This document shows positions 38,600 through 50,430 of a stretch of 64,000 bases of DNA, one piece after another. This stretch comes from Octopus bimaculoides (taxonomy: Eukaryota), in contig NC_068988.1 of NCBI RefSeq assembly GCF_001194135.2, positions 74,378,819-74,442,818 of the forward strand, read 5' to 3'. Below the pieces are notes generated by a model. That model was not told where the DNA came from. It was given only the letters and a program-made list of their open reading frames with translations, and ran no database searches. Made by a program: the position numbers and the translations under genes. Position 1 is the stretch's first letter; each line of letters begins with the position of its first letter.

Positions 38600-38805
38600 T
38601 GTATGTCTACAACCCTCACCACCATTTGACAAGTGGTGTTGGTTTGTTTAAATCTCCATAACTTAGCAGTTTCAGCAAGGAGACCAATAGAATAAGTACC
38701 AGACACAGTAAATAATTTCTGACATTGATCTATTTCACTAAGACTTTCAAGGCAGTGCCCCAGCATGGCTACAGTCAAATGACTGAAACAAGCAAAGGAT
38801 AAAAG
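38398..38805 (+). mobile_element. SINE family A copy
   Basis: Colinear with 28317-28692. Confidence 0.85.
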
Positions 38806-38869
38806 GTAAAAGAAATATCTATGTGTTTTTCTGTCTGTCTGTCTGTCTTTGTCTGTCTGTTTGTCTGTT

Positions 38870-38915
<46 letters not shown>

Positions 38916-38919
38916 AATT

Positions 38920-39170
38920 TCCTCATTCACCAACCTCTCATGATTGCATTTCAATGCCTCTTTCTGTTTGAGGTCAGTGAGGGCAAATACCTCACTATCA
39001 TTACATACACACTGGTGTCCTGTCTCCTTCTTACCCACTGCTTTATTACAGTGGATCACATCCTTTATCTTCACACCACTTAACATTCACAAACCTCTTA
39101 CTTTGGGCTTCTCTCCAAACTACATCCAACTACTTGATAATGTTTGTTCTTCCCCTCTTTCTTTCATTCC
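38920..39170 (-). mobile_element. RTE fragment
   Basis: QCVCND..FALTD..QKEALKCNHERLVNEE, homologous to 8450-8570. Confidence 0.7.
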
Positions 39171-39689
39171 ATTCCAGTCTGGTCTTTAGCGTTATGACAC
39201 TTAACTGTACCACTGCACTACTTTTCATCTGGAGGATACTCTGCTGTGAAGCTCCAGATCTAGCTTGAGGCTCACAGCTAAGGGCTCTTGTAAAAATTCT
39301 CCTCTATGTTATAGGTTCTTGTCTTATTTCTTGTGAATGATAATTCTCCTTTCTTGTTATAAGTCCTTATCTCTCACTCTTTTGTAAATGCTCCACCTGA
39401 CTCCTTGATATCTGCCCTTCGATCTCCCACTTCTTGTTATAGCCCCTATACCTCTCCTTCCTTGTTATAGGTCACTATTTCTTCCTCCATATCATAACCC
39501 CTATCTTTCCTTCCTTGTCATAGGTCCCTACTTCTCACTCCTAGGTATATGTCCATCTCTCTCTCTTTCTCTCCCCCCTCTCTCCCTGTTATAGCTCTCT
39601 ATTTCTTACAGCCCCCCCCCCTNNNNNNNNNNCCCCCCCCCCCTATCTCTTACTACTTGTTATACATATTATCTATGGCTTTTTTGAAC

Positions 39690-40080
39690 CAACATTTGGC
39701 TAAATGATTTTTAACATCTGTACTTGCACTCTGCAAATTGTCTTGTCTTCAGCCCCATCTCTATTAACTCTGGTGTACCCTAGGGCTCAATTTTGTCCAC
39801 CCACTCTCTTCCTTGTATACATGAATGACCTACTTACCACCACATCCAACAACATGCACACTTATGCAATTGATTAATATCTTTTATTCTACCTCTGACT
39901 TTTTTAACCCTACATCATTCACACACAACTTAAAGTACAACACACAAAATCAACATTGATTCTATAAACAGAGATATCAAGAACATCCACCAGTGGAGCC
40001 ACGCCAATGTTGTCTCTTAGAAAAAAAAAAGAACAACAACAAAAAATCAATCTAGCTTGTTATTGTGCAGCAAACTCTCT
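39690..40080 (+). mobile_element. CR1/L2-type RT fragment
   Basis: SINSGVP*GSIL...LFLVYMNDLL..NMHTYA; GVPQG motif with a stop codon. Confidence 0.7.
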
Positions 40081-41297
40081 GACAGACGTTCTGGCTGACT
40101 GACTGTCTAGTATATTCTCTGAATCTCTTCTAGTATTTTTGCCACTTACACACACTCACACACACTTATGCACACGCATTCACACAAAACACATGCGCAC
40201 ACACTCCTGGATACATCTTCTCTCATCCCCCACTGTCTCTCTCCACACCTCTCCATCCCCTCTCCATCCCCCCTCCACCCGTCTGTTCTTTCTCCTTCTT
40301 TCCTGATTCTCTCTCACCTTAACCCTCTCTCCCTCCCTCTTTTTCTCTCTCTCTCTTTCTTTCTCTGTTTCTCTCTGACTCATTTGCTTCAAATGCCATG
40401 GTTGTCCATAGCAACAAGTTTATTCCTCATTGATTCCTGATTGATTGTATTTCTCCAGAGTGTGGAGTACTGGGCTGGGGTGACTATATTTTTTGTTTTA
40501 TTTAATTGAAGAAGTAAGTTGGAAATTTTTCATTTTTATAATTTTTTTTTTTTTTACTTTTGATGGATGTGGATGGTGGTGGTGGTGGTATTGTCCACTT
40601 ACCTCAGTGTTATGAGTTCATAAACTGTACAAGTCATGGTTAAAGAGGAAATACAGGTTGTGGGACCACTTGTGTATATGATAATTTCCTTTCATGGCTG
40701 ATAACATTGAAGGGTCAGTAATGAGGACCTGTTGATGTATATATGCTTCGGATAAAATATCATTATCACCATCGTCATCACAATTATCATAACCACTATC
40801 ATTACTGTCACCACCATCATTATCACCACCATTACCCTCACAAGCATTCACATCAGCATCACCACCATCATCACTATCAACCTCACCATTATTATTGTCG
40901 ATTAACAGAAACACAAGGGTATCACACTTGTAGTTTCTCAGTGCAAATCCCAATGAAATAAGCTTTGTCTTTGATATCTATGAGTTCAATGGAAGAAGTG
41001 AAGTACCAGTAATTCACTGGTATCACTGGTACTTCACCTACTGACTTAATAGACTATAATCTGATCTCCAGTATCATAGATTGGTATCAAATCAACATCT
41101 GGTAGTTAAATTGAATGCCAACATCTGAAGCATGAACTGATAAAAAAAGACACTGGTAATCTTTTGGTTGATTGTGAGTTAAATAATTATTTACAACATA
41201 CGCAGATAAAACAGTCTTTATCTTGTTTAAATTTATTTTGTCATTACAATAATCAGGGACCCATTTTGATGGAGATTATTTTTATTACTAATTTAGT

Positions 41298-41571
41298 CTG
41301 TAGGAAAAATCCATGCTTGTGGCTTTTCCAGGGTTTCCAAGATCAATGACCTCTGTAGGAAGGAGCTCTCTCCATTATTATCTTTAGTCTTTCAATACCA
41401 ATGACATTTGTTAGAAGGAGCTGTCTCCATAACATTCACATGTCCTCCAAGGCCAATAAGATCTGTTGGATGGGCCTGTTTCCATGATCTTCAAAGGTTC
41501 TCCAACACCACTGAGATCTGTAGGAGAGGCTGTTTCTATATCCTTCAAAGGTCCTCCAGGACCAGTGAGGT
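41298..41571. repeat. diverged 55-bp tandem array (5 units)
   Basis: Units start at 41298, 41353, 41408, 41463 and 41518; TCCA core 17 nt before each unit end. Confidence 0.85.
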
Positions 41572-44500
41572 TTGCAGGTGTGGCCTATGGGTGTAGTCTT
41601 TGCCACAGAATACCATCAGAGTGAAACAGGGTTTAGTGGATCAAGCTATTCAAATAAAGACTGATTTAAATATTGATTAGGAATAGACTGGCAGAATAAG
41701 AATCAGGTTTTTAAAAAATTAGTACTGGGGTCAATTCATTCAACTAAAATTCCTCAAGGCAGTGCCTGCTATGGCTGCACTCTAATGACTGAGACAAGTA
41801 AAAGATAGAATTCCTAGAATTGCTAAAAATTGCCAGAATTACAAGAAATTGTCAAAAACTGAGAATTGAATGCCTTGTGGCATTCATTCTGACTTTTGGC
41901 ATTCTGGGTTCAAATCACACCAAAGTCTACTTTACTTTTCTTCATTTCAGGGTCAATAAATGAACAAGCAATCTTTATGTGTCTTAGAAGACCCACCCCC
42001 ACCACCACCCCCATCCATTCCCATTTCCAAATCTTTAGCCAGGTTTTCAGTTGGAAGATATCCAGTCCAGCCTACTACATTCAGATGTGATGATCACTAG
42101 TATAGTCCTTCCTACTCATATGAAGTAAATAACTCACAAATAACTCTACATCTCTTCCAGTTTACAGAAAGTAATGTAAACAAACAGTAAGTGCCTGCTT
42201 TATATATGAGATATGGATTAGGAATGGGAGGATTAGGTAGGGATGATTCAGTCATATGTTGTGAATGTCCACCTATCTATTCATCCCTAGAGCCATCCAT
42301 CCATCCACCCAGCCTTCTCTCCAACCATCCATCCCCACAGCATCCATCCATCTATCCACCCTTCCATCTCTCATTTTATCTCACCCTACATCTACCCATC
42401 CATTCAACCATCCATCCCTTTGTCTATTCTAACATCCATCCCTATATTCATTTTATATCCTTTTGTAGTACCCTTTTTATATCCCTTTTACATTACTTTT
42501 TATATCCCATTGTGGTATTCCCTTTTATATCTCTTTTATATCTTTTTAGATCCCATTTGACATGTTTTGTATAAAGCACACTACTCAACCTACCACACAT
42601 TGGTACCTCCGGTGTTCCATTTTACGTCCCTTTTGTATTCCTTTGTAGTGCCCCCTTTATATTTCTTTGTGGTGTCCCATTTTATATTCCTTTTTGTATT
42701 TCTTTGTAGTGCCCCCTTATTTATCCCTTTTATATCCCTTTGTAACACCCCCTTATTTATCCCTTTTATATTCTTTTTGATGCCCTTTTTTATATTCCTT
42801 CTGTATTACTTTTTGGTGCATTCCTTTTTTTTATTCCTTTACAACACTCCATTTTATATTCCTTGCATATATCCTTTTGTGATGGCCCCTTCCAGCTAAA
42901 TAGACTTGTCAGTAAGGTACAAAGCTCAGACTTTTTGGTTTGCTAATTTGCAGTGTCAAGTTCATCGACTAAAAGAAGTTACCTGCAATAAACAAATGCC
43001 CTATCTATTACATTAGAAATGGTAATCAAAACAAGTTACATCAACTTGACTATGCCAAAGATATTATGGACTCCTCAATGTCATCAACTTCATTCACATG
43101 GGAAGCTTCTGACACTAGAAATGGCAGCCAAAACAGCAAATGGGATATCAAATCGACATCAGTGTTCAACTTCTACAAACTGGTAATACCAATACCTCCA
43201 CTACAAACTGTTGAATCCAACAGTGAAAGAGCTGCTCAACAAACTTCAAAGCAATAATAACCTGATGAAAATACAAATATTGCAGATTTATGATTTGACA
43301 TGTTTTGTACAAAGCACACGGCTCAACCTACCACACATTGGTATCTCCAGTGCTGACATCAACATAATGATTTGTTACAGCTGGCAACCATGAGTGATGG
43401 CTAGTCTGTCAGAAATAGCAGTTAACATGGACTAGACAGTCAAATTTCACAGCTAGTTAGCAGCTGGTGACAACAATGAATCGCAACCAAACTCTTTTGC
43501 ACACATGACTCCATAGAAGAAACACTCAAGAACTTTTTGCTTGTTTTTAATTTCATTTTTATTAAAAAAAAATGTCCTGCCCTGCAAATGTCATTCATTC
43601 ACAGACACATTTATATTCTTGCAACAGTCGTGTCCAAAGTTAATGTTTTTTTTTTTTCTGTGTACTCCATTTGAAAATAAATTTACATGCTGCAATCAAT
43701 CCCTGAAAATGCACCTGCAGATAATAATTTCAAACACACACATTCATATAACAATGATGTTCCATACTTAGGGGCAATTGTACACCATGAATGCATTTAT
43801 ATTATTCAATGTTCTCCTGCAATGGCTTAGCTTAATGCTTTCACATAAATGTTTGTAGTTTTCCCACGGCAGTTTTCTTGTTGGCATAAGATTTTGGTGC
43901 ACTTTTCTGGTTAATGGGAACAATGCGCATTCATATATTCAAATTCATGTATACCATGTTCTCTTGGCATTTTTCATACAGAAAGATCACAAACTATGTT
44001 TTCCTGCTCTTTGCCAGTTACTTTCCTTTATAAAAACTTGCTCTGGTCATGTTCAATATAGAGAGAGGTTTAAATGGCTCAGCATATCCAGCACTCTCAC
44101 TCACAGTGTCCTTAAGTTTCAATATACACAACCAGAACACAAACACTATACTGTTCTCAAATTTTCCATTTCCAAAACATTATATGAATATTTTCTCTAT
44201 TTGCATGTTTCACTTTTCAGAATGTCAGGACAATTTTACAGATACGAACTCAGAATATGGACAATGCTTTCATTTTGTTATATACCTTTTTTTGCTTTTG
44301 TCTGTTGCATTTCAATACTTACCTTGCTTGCTGTATTGCCAATTAGAGTTTTACAATCTAGTTTTTACTCAAGTATACATGTACTGTTCTCTATTGTGTG
44401 TCCATTATTTTCCATACACAATTTTCTGCATGCTTTATTAATATCAACAGTGTGGTGGAGCTGTAAATTTCTGCAGTTAACCTTCTGCATGACGCCTGAT

Positions 44501-45544
44501 TCCATGCTGGTATTTTTTCGTTCTGTGTATAATTTGTTTTATGATGTCTTTTCTTTGCACGCATTAGATGTTTCTTTTGGGATTGTAATGATCTTGATAC
44601 TGTTTTTTTCTCATTCCAACAATCTCTCTAGCAGAGGCGTACTGTAGCAAGGTGTAGAATTGAAACTGTGTTAGTTTAGTAATGAGAAATAGGTCACCAC
44701 ATATCAGGTGACTTGCCTTGAATCCCAACCAATCACATTACATTTGCAATCATACAATTGATGGAAAATTCCATGATTTTCCTACCAAAGCTTGGCTACA
44801 AATATTGAAACATGGAACAATCAGTGCAGAGGTTTTAGGGGTTCCTGAGAGAACAGGACCCTTGGTTGCTACTTGACCTCAGGTTGTCTATGATGAACAC
44901 AGAATTTCTTACCTCTCACCACATGAATATGTAGTTAAACAATTCTTAGCCCCAAACAACATACATATATGACTCTTCACTGGTAATGGGTGATGCAGCC
45001 TCAGGTATGTAACTTTTGTGAGCAATGTAATGTTTATGTATGAATAAATGTAATGTACATGTATAAATAAATGGTCTCATAAAAAATCTAAAATGGACTT
45101 GGTTTTATATGGGAAGCAACACACAGCTAAATTCAGCCAAACCAAATAATCATCCATTTTGTAACCAAGTTACAAAATTATTGAACACTTGGTTTGTCTT
45201 GTAAGTATAAGACAAGCTCTTACATCTGGCATACAAACATCAACATGATAGTGAAATAAGTCATTGAAAAGTTTTGCATCCCGATCCCATGTATATTAGA
45301 ACTTGTTGTTTTGTACTTTGGCCAGACAGTTTAAGTTCTATCCTTTGGTGATTGGGCCTATGTCTGGTATGACAATACCGCTGTAGTGCATACATTACTA
45401 CAAACACTTATTATATACCTTCATTGACTGATACATCCAGTCCTTCAACACAGAATAAACCCCAAAACATCAAATATGACCAAATAGTGATGCCCTATGA
45501 GTGCAAAAACATTCCATTCAAGACAATGGATCCATAACCATGGC

Positions 45545-45715
45545 ACTCTGTTGGTTACGACGATGAGGATTCCAGTTGATCCAATCAACAGAACAGCCTG
45601 CTCATGAAATTAACGTGCACGTGGCTGAGCACTCCACAGACACAAGTACCCTTAACATAATTCTCAAGGAGATTCAGCATGACACAGAGTGTGACAAGGC
45701 TGAAATACAGATACA
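45545..45715 (+). mobile_element. SINE family C central/3' domain
   Basis: ccagttgatccaatcaacagaacagcctgctcatgaaattaacgtgcacgtggctgagcactcc resembles a common cephalopod SINE core (recalled, not searched). Confidence 0.6.
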
Positions 45716-45789
45716 AGAGAAACAGGAAGAAAGAATGAGAGAAAGTTCTGGTGAAAGAATACTGCAGGGTTCGTCACCCTCCTCCCCGC

Positions 45790-45912
45790 GGGAGCCTTGT
45801 GGAGCTTTAGGTGTTTTCACTCAATAAACACTCACAACGTCCGGTCTGGGAATCAAAACAGCAATCCTATGACTGTAGGTCTGCTGCCCTAACCACTGGG
45901 TCATTGTGCCTC
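45790..45912 (-). mobile_element. tRNA-derived SINE head
   Basis: Minus strand ggaggcacaaTGACCCAGTGGttagggc (A box) and decayed B box gttttgattccc. Confidence 0.7.
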
Positions 45913-46044
45913 CATGGATCCATAATAACCACTTATAGACAATATGCCCAAACCTTTGTTTCTTTACCAACTACCATCAATAGCTTTAACAAGGGAACAT
46001 AATAAAATCTACATTACCCACCAAATAATATTTGTTGGGAGGAA

Positions 46045-46228
46045 GGCAGTGAGCTGGCAGAATCATTAGCACGCAAGGCAAAATGCTTAGCAGCATTCCA
46101 TCTGTCTTTATGTTCTGAGTTCAAATTCCACGGTCGATAAAATAAGTACTAGTAGAGTATTGGGGTCAATGTAATCAACTTACTCCAACTCCCGAACTTA
46201 CTGGCCTTGGGCCAAAATTTGAAACTAA
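46045..46228 (+). mobile_element. SINE family B
   Basis: ggcagtgagctggcagaatcattagc..gagttcaaattcc..ggggtcaatgtaatc; inverted copies at 47035-47235 and 51615-51735. Confidence 0.85.
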
Positions 46229-46433
46229 TATTTGTTAGGGGAAAAATAATTGTTTTTAAAAATGTTTTTTCTTTTTAACACCATTAGACATAGTTATTTC
46301 TACAAATGAATTTTTTAACCAAAAGGTAGATTAAAATATATGGCATTTTGTATGGTTGTCATAGTAACAAATTTGCAGTGAGATCCACTTGTGTGTGTAT
46401 ACAGTGACAGTTATGTATATGTATGTATGTATG

Positions 46434-46466
<33 letters not shown>

Positions 46467-47034
46467 ATGATATAGAAATAGGGAGAAGAAACTTAGGGAA
46501 GAAAGAATTTCATGAACAGATTGTTATATGGATAAATGGATGAAGGCTAGGATAAAATGAAAGGCCTAGAAAAGAGGATGAGTCAGAGGTATATTGGATA
46601 GGGATTGAGAGAGAGAGGGGGGAGGGAGGGGGGGAGAAAGGACACAGACCGAGAGAGAGTGGAGAGAGGAAGGAAAGGAGAGGGTAGGAAAGAAGAAGGA
46701 GGAAGGGAGAGGATAGGAAGGAGGGAAAAAGAGAGTGAAGATGGGAGAGGGAGAGAGAGAGAGAGTGGGAGAGGGAGAGGGACGGGATAAGGGAAAGAGA
46801 GTGGGTTAGTGAGAGAGAGATGGAGGAGATATTAGTATAGGATAATACCAGCAATTTTAACAAGCAACAAAAATAACATCAAACAACATCAATAATAACA
46901 ATAACAGCAACAATATCAACAGCAAAAACAACAATAACAACATTAACAACAACAACAGAAATAACAACAACCACAACAATAGCAACAATAACAAAAACAA
47001 CACTATCAACAAGACCTCATTATGATAATAATGA

Positions 47035-47235
47035 TTTCAAATTTTGGCACAAGGCCAGTAATTTCAGGGAGGGATAAATCAATTACATTGACCCCAGTAT
47101 TCAGCTGACATTTACTTTATTGATCCTGAAAGGATGAAAAGCAAAATCAACTTTGGCAGGATTTGAACTCAAAATGTAAAGACAGATGAAATGCCACAAA
47201 GCATTTTGCCCAGCATGCTAACAATTCTACCAGCT
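47035..47235 (-). mobile_element. SINE family B
   Basis: Reverse complement of 46045-46228. Confidence 0.85.
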
Positions 47236-47729
47236 CACCACTCCCCTAATATAAATATTTTCAAATTTTGGCATAAGGCCAGCAAGCTCAGGGAAGGGTG
47301 TAAGTCAATTACATCAGCCCTCAATATGAATAGTGCTATGTCTTTGACAGTGCATGGAGATTTACATATTTGGCTACATGTGTGCTTTACATGTGTGCCT
47401 ACATATGTAGCTACATGCGTGGCTACATGTATTACCTGTTATTTGTTTGTCTGGAAACAGTTGATGCCTCTCTTCTTGTTCTCAAACAGGAAAATACAGC
47501 AAAAACCTGTTGGTGTTTTCCTTTTTACCCTCCCTGGCTCCAAAATGAATGGCTGGTGTTTGGGGGCTGAGAGGAGAAAAGAATTAACAAATGTATCCAA
47601 AGATAGGGTACAAAATGATTAAAAGGTATAGCCTTCAGTAAATTGACAGTATCAATACTAATCAAGAAATGATAGTAATAAATTATGATTTTCAATATAG
47701 GGTTGGTATTATATACACTTACAGGTAAT

Positions 47730-47928
47730 AATGACCTACACAGTTGTTCCAAATCAGTGAGATCAATAAGAAGGGCTTGTTCCTATGTCCTTTACAGATC
47801 TTCCAAATCCCATAATGTCTGTAAGAATGGGTAGTTCCCATGACCTTTATTGATTATCCAAGACGAGAGGAGTCTTTTGAAAGGGTCTCTCCTCCTGGCC
47901 TCCGCAGTTCCTCCAACACCAATGAAGT
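47730..47928. repeat. second array of the 55-bp repeat (3 full units plus 1 partial)
   Basis: Units start at 47764, 47819 and 47874, each 55 nt; tccaacaccaatgaagt versus tccaacaccactgagat in the 41.3-kb array. Confidence 0.8.
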
Positions 47929-47999
47929 TTATGCAGTTAATATTACTTTTAATCAGTTACAATTCTATGGCAGGATGGGAAATTGTGCCAAGGAGAAAA

Positions 48000-48340
48000 T
48001 ACTGGGTTTAGTGGTTAGTATGAGTTCTGGAAGGAGGTTGGACACAATATGGTTGATGGGAAGAGAAAGGATGAGATGAAAGAGCCAGAATGAAGATAGC
48101 TATAGATTGGCCTGATGTGAGAAATAGAGGCAATTGTTGTTGTGGTAGAAAAGACAGAGAAATGAGAAAGGTTGTGGGCCAGAGGGTGGAGAGTTGATCA
48201 GTGACTTCATGGCATGTGACATTTTTGTGCATATTGTCTTGAATGTCTCTGTGTGTACTACAAGTCTTTCTCAGATGTGAGAGCAGTACACCAGTAAAGG
48301 CCTCACCTGAGCATTGTAAGAGGTTAGTAGTTAGACCAAG
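48000..48340 (-). mobile_element. highly decayed PLE GIY-YIG remnant
   Basis: GLY..T..KDL.YTQRH..STLHPLAHNLSHFSVF resembles the PLE endonuclease C-terminus; many stops. Confidence 0.4.
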
Positions 48341-48369
48341 AGAGCTGCACAACTTATAGATTCACAGTA

Positions 48370-49135
48370 TAATAATATTTTCATTGTATGTTTATTTCAT
48401 GTTGTGAGAGGCAGGAAAATTACATGTTCGTGATGAATGAACGATTTCTTTTAAGCCAGGGCTGAGCAGCATTCAAGAAACTTGGACTGAAAGCCATCTG
48501 AATATTAGAAAAGAGTTACTTGTATTGTGATGATTTGTGCCAGGTATGAAAATCTCAATGCTCTGTGAACACTGTGAAGGCTGTATGACATGACACGGAC
48601 AGCTGAAACAGAAACTATGAAGCCATGGTCAGCGAGAAGGGACACAGCAGGCATTTTGAGTGCATCCATATGCAGGAATTCATCCAACAACTGCAGGACA
48701 TGGTGATGGAAAATCTGAGCAAGGGAATCCAGGCTTTGGCAAGAGAAATGGGCACTGGAGTCATACCCATGAGAACTTTTGCTACCACTCATACAAGAGG
48801 TGCAAGGGGCAAATTCTGACATCCAAAGCCAAGGAGAACCTCTTGATGAAAACAAAGAAGCTCTTGAACAAGCTGAGGCATCCTGTTGAGGATGATTGGT
48901 TCTTTCAGATGAAAAGAACTTCTGCCAGGACCAGTCACACAACACCCAGAACAACAGGTGGCTTGCCTACAATCTATGTGACATCCCCCATATCATGAAA
49001 ACCTAGTTACCCCAAAACTGTGATGGTCTTTGGGTGTTTCTCCAGTGACAATAATGTCATGTTAACCCACATTTTTGAACAGGGACTGAGGCTCAGTTCA
49101 GATGGTTATGTGAAGCCGCTGGAGACTGTGATCAA
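48370..49135 (+). mobile_element. Tc1/mariner (maT/DD37D-like) transposon, 3'-truncated
   Basis: FFSDEKNFCQDQSHNTQNNRWLAY..IMKT..PKTVMVFGCFSSD..HIFEQGLRLSSDGYVK.LETV. Confidence 0.8.
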
Positions 49136-49329
49136 TCTCTAGTTACTCCACCAGAAACAATACTGGAAACAACACCAATTACACCTAAGGTGGTACCCCA
49201 GATATCCTCATCCTCTGGCTGAAACCAGNNNNNNNNNNNNNNNNNNNNNNNNNNNNNNNNNNNNNNNNNNNNNNNNNNNNNNNNNNNNNNNNNNNNNNNN
49301 NNNNNNNNNNNNNNNNNNNNNNNNNNNNN

Positions 49330-49364
<35 letters not shown>

Positions 49365-49369
49365 CACAT

Positions 49370-50120
49370 ATAAGGTATCATATTCTGCAACCCCAAGCCC
49401 TGCATTACTAGGACTAATAAGTATGAACTAAACAATGCAAAATTAGTAGATCCCCTGATACTTAATAAGCTATATCTAAATACCATTGTTCTTGACATAC
49501 AACATTGTATGTCCCCAGTTGTTCTCTAACACCTGTAACATGATCATTAATTCAACGCCAAATGCATGGTGTGCACTGGTCCAAACCATGATGGTAACTA
49601 AAAAAAATCGATGAAGCATTAGCTACATGAAGACACTGTTATTACCCACCTAACTTCTCTGTCTAATATGCATCAAAACAGAAAGAGTAGCAGGGTGAGG
49701 GTGGGATTTTAGCACACCCTATATCATCACCTCAATGTCTGGAAGCTGAGTAAAGTCTGAACATTCTTTTACATACTTCGTGAGCAACATATTATCTACA
49801 GAAGCAAATATTACTCTATGTAGCAACAAATCTTGGGCAGGACTTAAAGTCTAAGAATATGGTGATGTAACATCTCAGAAAATCATAAAAGGAATTTCTT
49901 ATATGCAGATGTTGAGGCTGTGTTACCATATGGCTCTTCCGCCTGGAGACCAACCAAAAGACTCTAAAATCTATGCTGGATGGTACCCACTCATGTATAT
50001 TAAATGCCATTTTGAATGTCTTAGAGAAAGCCCTGCAAAACAGTGAGCCTACAATACATTTCCAAAAGTATCAGGTACAATTACAAGAAGAAGCAGTCAC
50101 TTTGTTGGGCATCTCATTAT
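49370..50120 (+). mobile_element. decayed RTE-like LINE fragment
   Basis: VEAVLPYGSSAW..TKRL..MLDGT..ILNV..YNTFPKVSGTITRRSSHFVGH. Confidence 0.65.
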
Positions 50121-50169
50121 GGTCTGTTTCACAATAAAACAATTTGTTTTTAGGTCTCACATTATTTAT

Positions 50170-50430
50170 TAGCATTATAGCATATTACAGAAACTGGCAG
50201 ATATACATGAGAAGCAGAGGCATATGCATATAAAAGGCATACAGGTATACTGACACAGACAGACAGGCAGGCAGACATCCAGAGAGGCAGACAGGCAGAC
50301 AAACAGACATAAAGAGAGACTGACAGGCAGACATACAGTGAGACTGACAGACAGACAGACAAATAAACATACAGAGAGAGATATACAGACAAACAGACAG
50401 ATAGATAGGCCGACATAGAGACAGGAAGGC
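50170..50430. repeat. (GACA)n-type microsatellite; representative of many (CA)n, (TA)n, (TACA)n, (GA)n, (CAA)n and (GAT)n tracts in the window
   Basis: Seen directly in the sequence. Confidence 0.95.

Noticed and set aside
40618-40961. His-rich (+) and Asp/Gly-rich (-) ORFs
   Set aside because: Degenerate (CAT/CAC)n trinucleotide repeat without splice or start context.
45790-45912. tRNA gene candidate
   Set aside because: The B box is decayed, no cloverleaf acceptor stem is evident and the sequence continues into a SINE body; SINE head only.
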